A DNA stretch of 64,000 nucleotides from Gekko japonicus (lineage: Eukaryota): assembly GCF_001447785.1 (NCBI RefSeq), contig NW_015162482.1, forward strand, positions 845,930 to 909,929, written 5' to 3'. The position numbers and the translations under genes were made by a program. This document shows positions 51,625 through 64,000 of the stretch, piece after piece; the first letter of the stretch is position 1; each line of letters begins with the position of its first letter. The notes under the pieces are model-generated. The model saw only the letters and a program-made list of their open reading frames with translations, ran no database searches and was not told the DNA's origin.

Positions 51625-51950
51625 TAGGGTTCCCAAGTACTTACCGCGATCTGGCAGGGGAAAACATGCTCCTTGGCCGGACCATTCCTCCCTGTAACGC
51701 ACCATGCCGTCACCAGGAAGTGACGGCGGGCGACGCTCTGGCAATGGGGCTGGAAACTTGATGGTACCATCGAGTTTTGATGGTACCAAACTTGATGGTA
51801 CCATCGAGTTTTCAGCCCCATTGCCAGAGCGTCGCCCGCCGTCACTTCCTGGCGACGGCATGGTGTGGCGCGTCTGTTGTCACCGTGGGAATGATCCTGC
51901 GAAGACATCTGTGTCCCCCACCGAATCACGGTAAGTACTTGGGAAGCCTG
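51625..51950. mobile_element. Foldback (palindromic) hAT-type MITE in PRPH intron 5
   Basis: 8-bp TSD ctaatgaa; termini tagggttcccaagtacttacc / ggtaagtacttgggaagcctg; long internal inverted arms. Confidence 0.88.
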
Positions 51951-52368
51951 CTAATGAAGCATTATTTCTTCAAGGAAGGAACAGGTAAAAGCTTTTGAAC
52001 TATGAAAAGCTAACTGTTCTTGCTAAACTTCTAGAGTTTTGGACTAATAATTAGTCAGCACTACAAAAACACAGAAATGCTTATGTGTGGTGACAGAGTT
52101 CTAGAGGTTTCTGTTGCTTATGAGGAAGTCACTGATTTTCTACTTGGAAATGTGGCAGTCCCACCCAGTGAGGAAAGGTGGCCACAGGCTGCATTGACTC
52201 TTGAGCCTTGTGTCAGAAACCAGCCTAGACCTCTGCTTTGCTGGCTCACCTTCTCCTGCTTATTTGGGAATTCGGAATAGGATTTCAGGGTGTGGAGCTG
52301 TGATTTTCAGGTAAAGGTACAGGGGCTCTCACCTACATTTGACACATCTAAGTCACTCACCACCCCAG

Positions 52369-52589
52369 AATGAAGCCCTGCTGAGGCAGATGCGGGATCT
52401 GGAGGACCAATATGGGGCTGAGGTGAACTCCTACCAGGACACAGTGGCGCGGCTGGAACAGGAGATCCAGCACATGAAGGAAGAGATGGCTCGGCACCTG
52501 CGGGAGTACCAGGACCTACTGAACGTCAAGATGGCCCTCGACATTGAGATCGCCACCTACCGCAAGCTGCTAGAGGGAGAGGAAAGCAG
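52369..52589 (+). CDS. PRPH: Peripherin exon 6 (221 nt)
   Basis: NEALLRQMR...[24 protein letters not shown] (IF rod-end motif). Confidence 0.96.
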
Positions 52590-52753
52590 GTGGGTTCCCC
52601 AGGCCACTAATTCCCTCCAGCTTGGCATGGCTCAACTCCTTTCCTTTCTGCCAATGCCGAATGGATCAAAGAGAACAATACTAAAAGAAGGGGTGCTTAT
52701 GGAGTCGGTTGCAGGAGCTTATTCTGTTGCTTCTTACTCTGTGTTTCCTACAG

Positions 52754-52803
52754 GATTTCGGTGCCTGTCCAATCCATGTCGACATTCAGCATCAAAACAG
52801 CAG
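52754..52803 (+). CDS. PRPH: Peripherin exon 7 (50 nt), GC donor
   Basis: [16 protein letters not shown]; cag|gcaagt. Confidence 0.82.
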
Positions 52804-53239
52804 GCAAGTCTGTCACTCCGTAGGGAATGGCTCAAGTTTTGCATCATGCGTGTTCGTGCCTGTGGGTTTCTGGAAGCGCACATGCAGAGATCTGTTGGTG
52901 GCATTGGCACAAGTAGGAGACTGTGTGTTTGTGTGAGCTTCTGTGTGCATGTCATTCTGATGCGCATTTCTTGCTTCCCGTTAACCAATCCCCAACCCGA
53001 AGCTGGTTTATTGTTGACCTAGCAGAGAGCACATGGGGTGGTTGCTAAGCTCTGTTGCAGAGAATCCTCTTCTGCCCTCTTGACACTGACAATCCAAGCT
53101 TAGTCTGCTGTCCCTTGGGGAGAAGTATCTCACCTCCAGTTCATTCTGAGCTCACCTGCCATCACCCTTCTAAGGGTGAGAGAAGGGTTTTTTTTGACTC
53201 TCCTGTGCCCTCTCTCCTAACGGCCTCCCATCCCTATAG

Positions 53240-53319
53240 TTTCAGAGCCTGAGCCGACTGTAGAAACTCATACCAGGAAGACGGTTCTGATCAAAACCAT
53301 TGAGACTCGAGATGGAGAG
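53240..53319 (+). CDS. PRPH: Peripherin exon 8 (80 nt)
   Basis: ...HTRKTVLIKTIETRDGE; |gtgag. Confidence 0.9.
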
Positions 53320-54091
53320 GTGAGCATATTAATGATCTCCATTGGGAGTCAGGGGCTTTGAACGTGGCTGCTGAGCATGAACAAAAGTAGCCAGAATATC
53401 GACAGAGAAGCGCATACCTAGGCCTGGAGCAGGTTTTGCTAGAGTAAAAAGGGTGGGTTTTTTTATAATTATCTCCAGCTCCTGCTTTCTCCTTGGGTCA
53501 TTTGGAGCTGTGTGTTCATTATGTGCTTTTGGCTGCTCCTGCTCTGTTGTGTAGACTCTGTGACTGTACCTGTGAGAGGCAGGTTGGGGGTAATCTCCTG
53601 TCTTGTAGGGTGGGATCAGGAGCTGGTTGTGTTTTAGCCCCTTCCAGTCCTAAAATAAGGGCTGTGTGTACTCTGTGCTTCAACGAAATGGTAACCTGCA
53701 TTCTGGGGCCTGTATAAATTATGTAAGCTATTTTAATTGGCATGTAATAGCTTCTTTTGCATAATTCATTCTTCTTCTGCCAGTAATGGGGAAGGAATAT
53801 GGAGCTATTCAGGGGACTGAAGCCTATCTCTGACTACAGAGGCATTACCCATATATATCAAACCAACATTTACGGACTTAGGGACTAGAAACTTGCTTTT
53901 TTAAAATCTCTCCCCCCCTCCCCCGGATGTTGTATTTTTCCACCCTCTTCAAAATCCAGTGTGGCACTCACACAAAATCATGGAATACATACAGCCCTCT
54001 CTACCATTTTGTGACCTGATGACCATGGCTGATTCCATCCCCACAAGTCCAAGAGTCTCAACGCTGCACCCTGTCTCTTTGTCCCCTGCAG

Positions 54092-54139
54092 GTGGTGACT
54101 GAGTCCAGGAAAGAGCAGAGAGCAGAGCTAGAAAAGTGA
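54092..54139 (+). CDS. PRPH: Peripherin exon 9 coding part
   Basis: VVTESRKEQRAELEK*; candidate aataaa at 54872-54877. Confidence 0.88.
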   Translation: MVTESRKEQRAELEK

Positions 54140-54505
54140 TGTCGACCACAGCAGACACCTACCCTTGCCACAGAGATGGGCACTAAGTAGCCAATGTGCA
54201 GAAGTCCCAGCAGCAAACCCCCCCTATTCCTCACAAAGCCACACTGGCCTTACTTATAATGTTGCTAATACCTCTTACCTTCAACAGCCTTTCCCACACT
54301 TCTAGAGCCAGCTCTCCTGTTACATGTGCCTCTAGCCTTCCTAGGGGCAGCCTGGTTGTGATTCCAGCAATAACCACACATGGGCTGGGAGTGGAGATTT
54401 CTTCATCTGCTCTCCCCTTCCACTGCCTCCTACCTCTTGCCACTCAGACTCTCATCTTGCCCCAGAAGGCCCACTCCCAGCCAGCACTGGACAGGAAAGG
54501 GGAAG

Positions 54506-54531
54506 NNNNNNNNNNNNNNNNNNNNNNNNNN
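54506..54531. other. Assembly gap (26 N) in the PRPH 3' UTR region
   Basis: Run of n. Confidence 1.
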
Positions 54532-57500
54532 GAGGTGGCTCATGATAGGTGCAGTTTTGCCAGATGTTTTTAAAGGCAAAACTGCATGATGTCCTGGTTC
54601 TTAACTTGTTGTGGCTAGGAGGCTGGGCAGCTCCGACAAGTGGCAAGTCTAGCAAGGCACACCGACACAGAAACACCAAAGAAAATCAACAGCCTGGTCA
54701 CTATCTCTGTTCACTGCCCCAACCACCTACTGGGGAAACTTGTGGTCAATTGGCTGTGCTGACAGTTAAGACTAACGGCTGTATTACAGGGATTCGGAGT
54801 ATGAGAGCTTCCTAAATTGAGATTATAATTGTTGAAATCTCCCCTAGCACACCCAAAATTAACATGTACAAAATAAATGGATACATTTAATTTTTTTAAA
54901 AACCTTCTTTGTTAAAATAAGCCTTTAAAAATTAAAAAAACACTGAAATAACAGTGTATTTCGGGAAGAAATTTCTCCAGTTGCTTCCAGCACAGTTCCA
55001 TGTATTTTTAATTATATGGTTGCACCCAGTCCTAGAGCTGTTCACTCAGAAGCAAGTCCTACTGGACTGATGGATTTAATGCTACGTGTTCTTTGTGCCA
55101 GATGTGGCCTTTCATCTGAAATGCCTATAGGCCTCTGGTTTATGGACTCAAGGGAAGGCAGATGATCTACCAGTCCAGTCCCTGGACAGGGAAAAAAAAT
55201 GGATGCTATATTTACATAATCTGGGCTAATGCTGTAATGCCATTCGTATCTATAAAGACAGAACAAAATATTAATCCAACAATTTGGATTCCCTGACAAT
55301 ATTCAGTTGAGATCACTTAATAGTAACCCACAGGAACATTAAATAGAACTTCCTCAAATGCTACTTTATGAAGTAGTGGCTTCTCATGGATGTTAAAGTT
55401 GCTTTCTGCATGAAAGACATTCTTATCAGCCAGCTTATCAGATCCAGTTTTCCCACAACTGAGCAAAGCGCTCAGGCGTTCTTCTCTTCCAGCTCTTGTC
55501 ACTCCCACTGTCTCCCTTTCATTCCCTGCATAGTATTTCATGCATCCTTCCTTTGGGCTCCTTCACACAACCCCCGCTGTTCCATCGATGGAGTCATGGT
55601 ATCTACAGCCTTCCAGACACAAGCCTGGTACATCCAGCAAAGCTGCTGGAACAGGCAAGGTCGCAGCATCTCCTGACTTCCAGCTTAAATTCCTTAGATC
55701 ACAGTGGTAGGCAGGAATGGCTGTCACCTCCTAGCAGAGGAAGGGAAGCTACTGGAGAGAGGCAGGGCTCTGGAATTTCTCACGCCCAGTCCTTTCAGAA
55801 GCCTTAGGCTGTGGTTGCCAAGTGTCTTTGTAGATGGGTAAGGAATTCCTATGATAAAGGAAGCTCATTGGATTCATGATCAACGATGCATCTCCAGGTC
55901 ATGGCCTTTGTACTTGGCTCTTTTATCTCCCACACATTTTTCCTGCCTTGTTCCTCCATTTCTGCATATAACCATATATTATTTCATTCCATTTACTAAT
56001 TAAAGATGTCAGCTTTATTCTCTGAGAACCAGGGCTGTGTGAACATGTAGGGAGGTGATTTCTGGGAACCAGGACTGAAAGGCGATTCATCCTAGTACTC
56101 TGATCCACCTTGATCACTTTGCCTAATACTGGCACTGCTAAGCTATTTCTGAAGCCAATAGTGAGGCTACGGATGCAGAGGAATGATGGAGGCTTCTTTA
56201 GTAATTCGCTGGTACCATCCAGAATGGTTCTGGAGATCAACAGCAGTCCCTAATCCTGATGCTTCTGAGCACTCAGTTTGCAGCACAGTGACTGACTACA
56301 ACAGGATCCCTAAAGTTGTGGCTGTGGGACACAGAACCCCAGGCTGGTTTTTAATCTGCTGAGCTACAAACCGCTCTGAGACTCCGAGTGAAGGGCGGGG
56401 TATAAATCCAATCTCTTCTCTTCTTCTTCCATTTGCAGTTCAGCTGAACACTTGATGGCTGACCAGAGGTCTTTATAGGCTCCAGCTGGGCTGCACCGTT
56501 ATCACTGTGGCATTATTATGTGGTCAGGTCTGGTGTCTTTCAGAGGACGGCTTGTGCCAGTCCACAAGTGACATTACGTAGTTGGCAACCCTTTCTCTTG
56601 CCTCCTACCACACTGCTGTGATGGCAGCTTTAACTCCAGCCTGGTGAAGGCACCCCTTCCTCTTGATCAGCCATTCCAAGTGAATTGCTTCGGAGCAGGT
56701 GAGTCAACGTGGTGACTGATGTGGTTCAGCATCCTGTCTCCAGCAATGGCCAGATCCAAATGATTTAGAGCTGAGATCCTCCATAGGTAACTTGTGGTAC
56801 AGATGAGGCCTACTGAACCACGACACCATTATTTCATCCCTTTTTAGCTCTTTGTATCAGCTACCTGCAGCCTGTTCCTGTACAATCGTACAGGTGTGCT
56901 GGTACCATTTCTTAAACTTCTGGGATTGGGCAGCCACTGTGAGCAGCTAGGGACACAGATCAAGAGTGACAAGTCCAGAAATGGGCTGTGCTGTCCCTTA
57001 CTGATCTGAGCCCAATGGGTATGAGTTCTCTATCAGAAAGGCGATGAAAACAAAACAAAAAGGTATTGAGCAGCAACTAGAGTGAACATAAAACCCATCT
57101 GATATTCCACTACAGTCTTTTATGCCACCGTATTACACTAGTGATACATAGCTGTCTGTAACTGACATTTATGTATAATTTGTACTCCATAAAGCTATTC
57201 TTCTGAAGGTAATATATACAGAAAGATACAGCTTCTCAGAAGCTCTTTCATCCTACCTTTAATAGATAAGACAGTGCCAGACCCAGCAGTGAAGACAGTG
57301 GCTGAGACTGAAGCACTTGGTGAGTGGCTGAAGAGATTTGCAGTACAAACCTAAAAAGAGTTCTACCCTTCTAACCCAATTAACTTGGTTTAGGATTGCA
57401 CCATTAACAGCATTTGTTCCCTTCACTGTTCAGTTCTGGGTCCACTGCTGCCGTGAGGAAAGAGCCATTTGGTATGCATTTGGTATTCATATAACCCATA

Positions 57501-58982
57501 GCATAATTCCCCCCCACACCTGTGTGGAATTGACACAGCACGTTTGTAGCTACAGTGCAATCCTGTGCAGTTACTCCAGTCTAAGCCTGTTGATTTCTAT
57601 AAATTTAGGATTACACTGTTAAGAGCACCTCTATCGTAGTAGTCAAGAGTCTGAATTACGAACCTGGAGAGCCACACTAGACTTTTTACCTGTGGCACAA
57701 ATGCAGAAACTTCTCTCCCAGCCCCCACATCCCAATTTGGGGTTAGTAATACAACAGGTATGTTGTGAGACTGAGATAAGAGATATGAAGTACTTTGAAC
57801 ACTAAAACACTATATAAATCTATTACTAACATCGTTTTAGAAAATTCTGACAGTACACTATACTAATAAATGTCTGATCCAGTGTTGTCCATGTCCAGTT
57901 TTTGGCGATATGAGTAAGAGTGTGTTAGGATAAAGGCTCTCACGGTTCCCCTTTCATATCTGTCATTTAATGTATTACTGATTTGATTTTTATCCCATAT
58001 GCTCTCAAGGCAGCGTACAAGATCGCCTTCCTACCCCACCATTTTTTGTCCTAATGACAACCTTGTGAAGTAGGATTATGCTGAGAGTGAGACTGGCCCC
58101 AAATGACCCAGGGACCTTCAGGGGAACAGTGAAGATTTGAACCCTCATCTCCTCAGTCCATGTCTGACACTTGAGCCACTACAGCACACTGGCACTCTCA
58201 TCCACTGCCACTACTTTGGGGGTAGAATTCCACAGGGTTGCAGACAGGCGTCTGTTGGTCACAATCACCTCCTTCAGGCTCCCAGAGGTTTGCTCTTCAC
58301 TTAAAGGGCCTTACTGTGATCATAGTTGAGAAGTGTTTTGATGCTGGGTTTTGACAAATCAGATACTCTTCCTGGGCTTTGGTGCTGATTTCCCTTATTT
58401 TTTGTAGCCGTGTTGCCAATTTCCCATATTCAAAGTTAGACTTGATAAGAATTCCTGGTGCTAACTCCTGCATACAAATGGTTCTCTATACACAATTCAT
58501 GTTACAAAATAGATTCAAAAATGTGCTGTTAATCAGGAGAAAGAACTGATGCTTAATGTCTACTATTGTGAATTCTGGATCTGTAATAAGGATGTTTAAT
58601 CAGGACAACTCAATCTGAAAATACATCTTGAGGAAGATTATTTTCGAAACAGGATATCCGGACTTTTGTAGATGTCATTGATGAATTTAGGATGTTTTAT
58701 AACAACTTCCAGGTTTCAGGAAATAGTTTTTGGTATGAACCTTTGTGTTCTTAAAAGACAATTGCAATCAATGAGTGACTATCATTGTTACTACATTATG
58801 GCACATTCTTTATGATCACAACAAAAAGGACCTTTATTCGAGTTGGACTTTGTTAATTGTACTACGTTTACAATAATTTTTGAATATATCTTGTAACATG
58901 AATTGCATATAGAAGACCTTGAATGTTTTGAAAGTATTTATTTCCATATAGCATCTTTACACACTTTTCATGTAATCACTAT

Positions 58983-59188
58983 CAATACTCCCTCTAAGCT
59001 GTGGAGTCTTGTGAGCAAAAATTCTACTCTGTGAGTCACTGGCATTCAAGTTGTGAGCGAGCCATTTGGCTGCTGCATAAATTAGTTTGCTCCGGAGCCC
59101 TCCTTCCTGAGCGAAGACAAAAATGTGTGAGTCAGTGGCTGAAAAACGGTGAGCTAGCTCACACTAACTCAGCTTAGAGGGAACACTG
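58983..59188 (-). mobile_element. hAT MITE, same family as 3251-3538
   Basis: TSD atcactat; TIRs caatactccctctaag / cttagagggaacactg. Confidence 0.88.
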
Positions 59189-61709
59189 ATCACTATTATA
59201 GTTCTCTTCATGGTTTATTTCTTTTTGCTTTTCTGTCTGTATCACGGTGGTCCAGTTTGTTTTTTACAAATGGTTCTCGACATTAATGCCAGGACCAGAT
59301 CTTGGGTTTTTTGCCACTATGCTGATCCCCCATCATTCCCACTACTCTTGTGACACACCAAATACACCCTCACATTCTGGTTCTCCAGTCTGTCCTTTCT
59401 TTGAACACCTTTCCTTCACTAATGTCTAGCTTGTGGAAAGATGAGGTCATACACCCAGGTGACAACCCACTCTGTACCACCCTCCCATGAAGAAACGGAG
59501 CTCATGAAGACTCCATGGTTGCAGTAGAAGTTTCCGGTGCTTTTTAATCTCCCCTCAAAAGTGACAGTTCCTTGATGACACTTGGCCATTTGTGTGGAAT
59601 GGGTCATGTATTGCTTCCAACCAGCCAATAAACACAATACCGAAGAGTCCTCTGTATTCTGTGGGTTTTTACTTGTTTGTTTCCTGCATACGGCTTGCAT
59701 CCAATGCACTAGACGGTTTGGTCAAGCTACATTAATACATGCTGAGAAGTTGCCACTCCTGCCCCCTCCTTATTTAGTTTTCTTCAATGGAAATTAGAGA
59801 GGCCAGCAAACCCACCCCTTCAAACTTCACCTGCTGAATTTCTGCACAGCTTCTATAAAAGTCCTAGGAGCAGGGCTGGTGGGGGGCGCACGCGCTACAG
59901 TGGCAACTATTGTAGGAGAAGCTTCGCCTACTGAAATGACATTTCCCCTATAGGTATGGGGATTTTCCAGTCTTATACAGTTACTTGAGTTGAAGCTGGA
60001 GGCAGCTGATACTGAATGGGGGCTCCTTGCAGACACATGAGTGATGCCTTTTGGGCTCTTCTGAAGCATCTGCTTTTCCAATGAGATGGAGGAAAGTCCG
60101 GATTGGCTCATTGCTTTGGGAAAGAAGGGCACCAGGAAACACATCACACAGGGTGCCATGGTGCCTCTGGGTATCACAGGGGAGCAGGGTCACTGATCCA
60201 GATAATACATGTCATCCAAGAAGGCCTGGAGTTACTAGTCCACCACTTGCTGATACACAACTATAGGAGTGCACAACTACACAAATATAGGAGCAGTGCA
60301 AAGCAGGGAAGAAAATAATAAAACTAAATGATCCTAGAATACTTACTCAGGCTTTAGTCCTATAACCCAAATATCAGCTGCATCATTTAGCCCTCTTACC
60401 CAAATGTCACCTGGCCAGACTGAAGGTACAGAGTCCAGATAAAACAAGGCCTAGTTGGAAGGAAGGAAGGTTCGAAGGTCCAACCTGGAATGAATGGTCT
60501 TGCTTTAGTATTGCCAGTTCTGGGTACAACCCTTGAGTACAAAGCTTCCTCTGGGTCTGTGGCCTTGAAGTACCCAGGCTCATTATCTCACTTGCACCTC
60601 TGCCAGGCTGCATCTCATCCCTTATCTCTCTTGAAACAGCAAGTTACCATAACATTAATTTCCCAGAGGGGAGCCTTCAGTAACTTGACTAGGCCCCAAA
60701 GCCTGAACCAAAATTTGAAAGGCCAAGAAATAGCTAGACAAGGCCAGTTTCTTGACATCTTCCTTACAAAATGATAATACAGAAGAAGCTGTCTTGAAAT
60801 TTCTAACAATTCCTTTTTCCTTTTTAAAAATATATTGTGCGTGCGTGCGCTTGCTTGCCTGGAAGTCATGGTTGACTTCTGGTGACCCCTACTGGGGGCT
60901 TGGACATTTTTCAGATAGGTGGCTTGATTAGCCTGCTTCTGCATCCTGCCTCTGGTATTCCTCGGAGGTTGCCCTTCCAAGTACTTGCCAGAGTCGGCCC
61001 TGCTTAGCTTTTGAGATCAGGCTTGCCTGGGCTATCCAGGTCAGGGCAAATATCTAACAATTCTTGACAAGGTGCTCTAATTAAATAAATAGTAGTGAGA
61101 AAAAATGTTGGTTATTCAACAGGGTAGAGTTTCTGTCTAGGACTGGGGAAACTTGCATTCATATTTTCATTCCGCCATGAAGCTTGCTGGTTGACTCTGG
61201 ACTCCCTCACTCTCAGTTTAACCTATTTCTCAAGGTTGCCATAAGATATAGAGTTGCCCACAGACCTACAGAAAAATTTCCTGCCCCCTTTTAGTAAAGG
61301 GTTAAGGTGTAAAAATGGGCAGCTGAAACTTTTCAAGGCATGGAGGTAAATCACTTAATCCGGCCATTAAACCTTTATGAAAGGGAGAGGATTTTTTCTC
61401 CAGGCAGTTGGCAACCCTTTGAGTAAGGACAAAAATGGCGTCAGGCAGGAAAACCATTATTTTGTGGAAGGGTGGGGTCAAAATGTGACAGGAAGGCCAA
61501 CCTGCAAATATATCCAAACGGTAAACAAGAGTCATGTGGCGCCTTAAAGGCTAACAAAATTAAAAGGCAGCTCTAATAAACAAAAACTTATACGGGAATA
61601 CAACGTTGCTAGTCTTTAAAATTCCACAAGGTTCTTGCCAAGTTTTGCTCCGAAAGACTAGTAGTGTTAGACCACTCTCCTACAACCCCGAGCCGGCTAA
61701 TTTCCTGCT

Positions 61710-61937
61710 CACTCAAATGAGAAGGGAGCCCTCACTGGAGAAGACCCTGATGCTGGGAAAGATTGAAGGTCAAAGAAGACGGGGACGGCAAAGGATGAGA
61801 TGGTTAGACAGTGTCATAGATGCAACGAACATGAAACTGAGCAAATTTCAGAGGACGGCGGAAAACAGGAGGGCCTGGCGTGATCTGGTCCATGGGGTCG
61901 CGAAGAGTCGGACTCGACTGTGCGAGTGAACAACAAC
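61710..61937 (+). mobile_element. 5'-truncated BovB 3' fragment
   Basis: Highly similar to ~2950-3180; same translation SLEKTLMLGKIEG...; aacaacaac tail. Confidence 0.92.
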
Positions 61938-62420
61938 TACGAGTCCCAGGAGGCGCTTCCGGCCCTCGCTGGTCCCTCTCCCCTCCCGTAACTCATCCTA
62001 ACGTTCTAGTTCCGCCCACTTGTTGAGCCACGTGAGACGGCGAACAGACCAATCAGCGCCTTTTGATGCTTTATGAACTGCCTGGAAAAGCTTTGCCGGA
62101 TGGTTGCCGATCAATTGCTTTGGCGGTGGAGAAGGAAAAAAGGATGACTGGGAGCCAGGTGGGAAATCAATGGAGGTCCGGGGGCGAAAGGTGCTTGGCT
62201 GTCTGTGGCTGGTCGCTTCTTGTATGGTTTTTCGGTGGTGGGAAGGTGTGAATAGCTGACGAATGTGGAAGGCAAGGGGAAGCAATACGTTGCAGTGTCT
62301 TTACGGCTGCTTAATGTTGCTGGGTGTGGGCTGGATTAAGGTTTGAAGTGGCTGATAGTGGCCTGAGAGATAACCCCGGCTCAGGGAGGTTCGGCCAGGA
62401 TTACTTTTGGGTCCATGAGT
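61936..62420 (+). promoter_or_regulatory. CpG-rich housekeeping/cell-cycle-type promoter, possibly TROAP by synteny
   Basis: actacgagtcccag (ZNF143/THAP11-like), cttccgg (ETS), tccgccc (GC box, 62011), cacgtg (62029), ccaat (62049); strand and gene identity are inferred only. Confidence 0.55.
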
Positions 62421-64000
62421 AATTTATAGTACGAGCGCCTTTCTTCTTGGACAGTTTTCCTGTAAATTAAGGTAAAAGATGCTCGGAAAAGAGAAACTTC
62501 CAGTGCCATCCTAAGAAGAGTCTATTCATGGGTTTAGACAGGCGTGGCTGTTCAGGCTTGCACTGCTTAGAGGTTTGACAACTCCCCCCTTGCTGTGTGT
62601 CTGTGTCTTTAAGGGCAACCTGACACTGAAGTTAAGCTGGTGGTGTGTTTCGTTTAGAAGAGAGGCAGTAGAGAGCTTGTGAAAAGCGCATTTTTTTTAA
62701 AAAAAGCATTACTTTGTTTCTTTGTGACTAGTTATGGTAAGGGGCAAAAAAAAGATGGTAGTCCTGGAGGCAGGGAAATATAGTTGCTAGAACTGGGTTG
62801 GGGGGGGGGGTTACTGCTTCCTGTCTTGCAAGTGAAGAGGTGCCTTTAAGGGGAGCAGAGAGTGAAAAGGCAGGCACAGCATCTCCTGTCACTGTGTCCT
62901 TGGCTTTCTAGGCTGCATTGTCATGTGCTAAGGCATTTTTGTGGTAGTAGTGAAATCTCTGGCACCTGTTGCTCATGTACTGTGGAATGTTCATTAACAT
63001 TCTGTCAACTGCAGGTAGCCTTCAGCAGTCCACTGTTAGTGATAGCCCTGCTTTTTCAGCTGAAATGAGGTCATAGATGAGGGAAAATGGAGGCTAAGAG
63101 GCAAGATGAGCTGTGTGATTAAAGTTGGGAAACTGCATGGGGTACATTGTGCGGGGAAGTCTTTGATAAGAGGACAGGTCATGGAAAGGGGGGCCAGGGG
63201 GTTGCCTCAAAATCATCTGGCTGAGAGGCAGAACAAGAGAAGGAAGGAGAGGTCTTTGCTGATAATGTACTGAGAAACGAGAACCTGAAGTAGGATGACG
63301 GTAGAGGAGCTGAGGTATGGAGGGGTCAATGAAAAGTTGTGAAAGTGGGACAAACCTTGCAGGGCCTCAAGATACTGAATGCCCATTGAAGGAATGGGTG
63401 AGAAATACAGGAAGTGAGGCAGGCAAAGAGCCCTCTTGGTAAAGGAAAGTGAAATGGAGAGGGCTGAGGGAATGCCCTGAAGAAGAAAAAAACAGACCTG
63501 AGGGGAAAAGAAGAATGGAGCAGCCAGGGAGAAAATGGAGGCAAACCCTCACAAAGGCCTGGGGACCAGGGAGGGTTGCAAGTGAGATACTGGAATTCTT
63601 TGGGGCCGGGAAGTCAAAGTGGGGATAGGGAGTAAGTATGCGAAGGCCCTTCTCAACTCTCTCACTGATGTATTCCTATAGAAATAATTTTAAAGCCTTC
63701 TGTAAGGTGCAGCCTCACTATGGTGGAGGAAACTATGCCTATGATCTCCTTTCTGTGCAATCTTTGCTCGTCCATTCTGTTCCCATCAGCTGCCTGAGGA
63801 GATCCTCTTCCTGACACTCAACCGGGGCCCTTTAGGCCTGGAAAGCCCTCTCTGGGATGCTTATGTGGTGTTGCCGCCCCTTTCTCCCGCCCTGAAAACC
63901 TTTACCAAAAACCATTTCTTCCATGTAGCCTTTTGGCCTAACTTCTCCTTCCCTACCAAGGCATATGTCATTTTATTTGTTTCCAGCATTTTTCTCTCTA

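Noticed and set aside
51755-51812. CRISPR-like repeats (gatggtacca x3)
   Set aside because: No unique spacers; eukaryotic context; centre of a MITE

Overview
Vertebrate genomic DNA, almost certainly a squamate and probably a gecko, judged from the repeats (Sauria/Squam1, 5S-Sauria and Squam3-like SINEs, BovB). The window holds the 3' part of an alpha-tubulin gene (TUBA1C-type C-terminus; coding exons 2-4 at 8990-12902), a complete 9-exon peripherin gene (PRPH, 41975-54139, 463 aa) and a CpG-rich promoter near 61.9-62.4 kb that could belong to TROAP by human synteny. Mobile DNA includes an intact 1009-aa BovB/RTE LINE, a full-length DIRS1 tyrosine-recombinase retrotransposon (ITRs, ICR, gag, RT/RNaseH, adenine methyltransferase, YR) inserted inside a Gypsy RT remnant, a solo LTR, many hAT-type MITEs with 8-bp TSDs, SINEs, CR1/L2/Penelope fragments and a U2 snRNA pseudogene split by a SINE. 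The most unusual observations are: (1) tubulin exon 4 lacks 61 nt including most of the GGGTGSG signature, at an 8-nt microhomology (real lesion or assembly collapse); (2) the tubulin C-terminal Tyr codon is replaced by TAA; (3) the DIRS carries a 98-bp duplication whose five differences are all synonymous, suggesting a chimera of two family members; (4) the DIRS integration crossover (GAA/TTC) is visible at both ends and at the ICR junction; (5) a foldback MITE and a GC-AG intron lie in PRPH. I found no wholly new multi-gene system; the novelties are at element or allele level.
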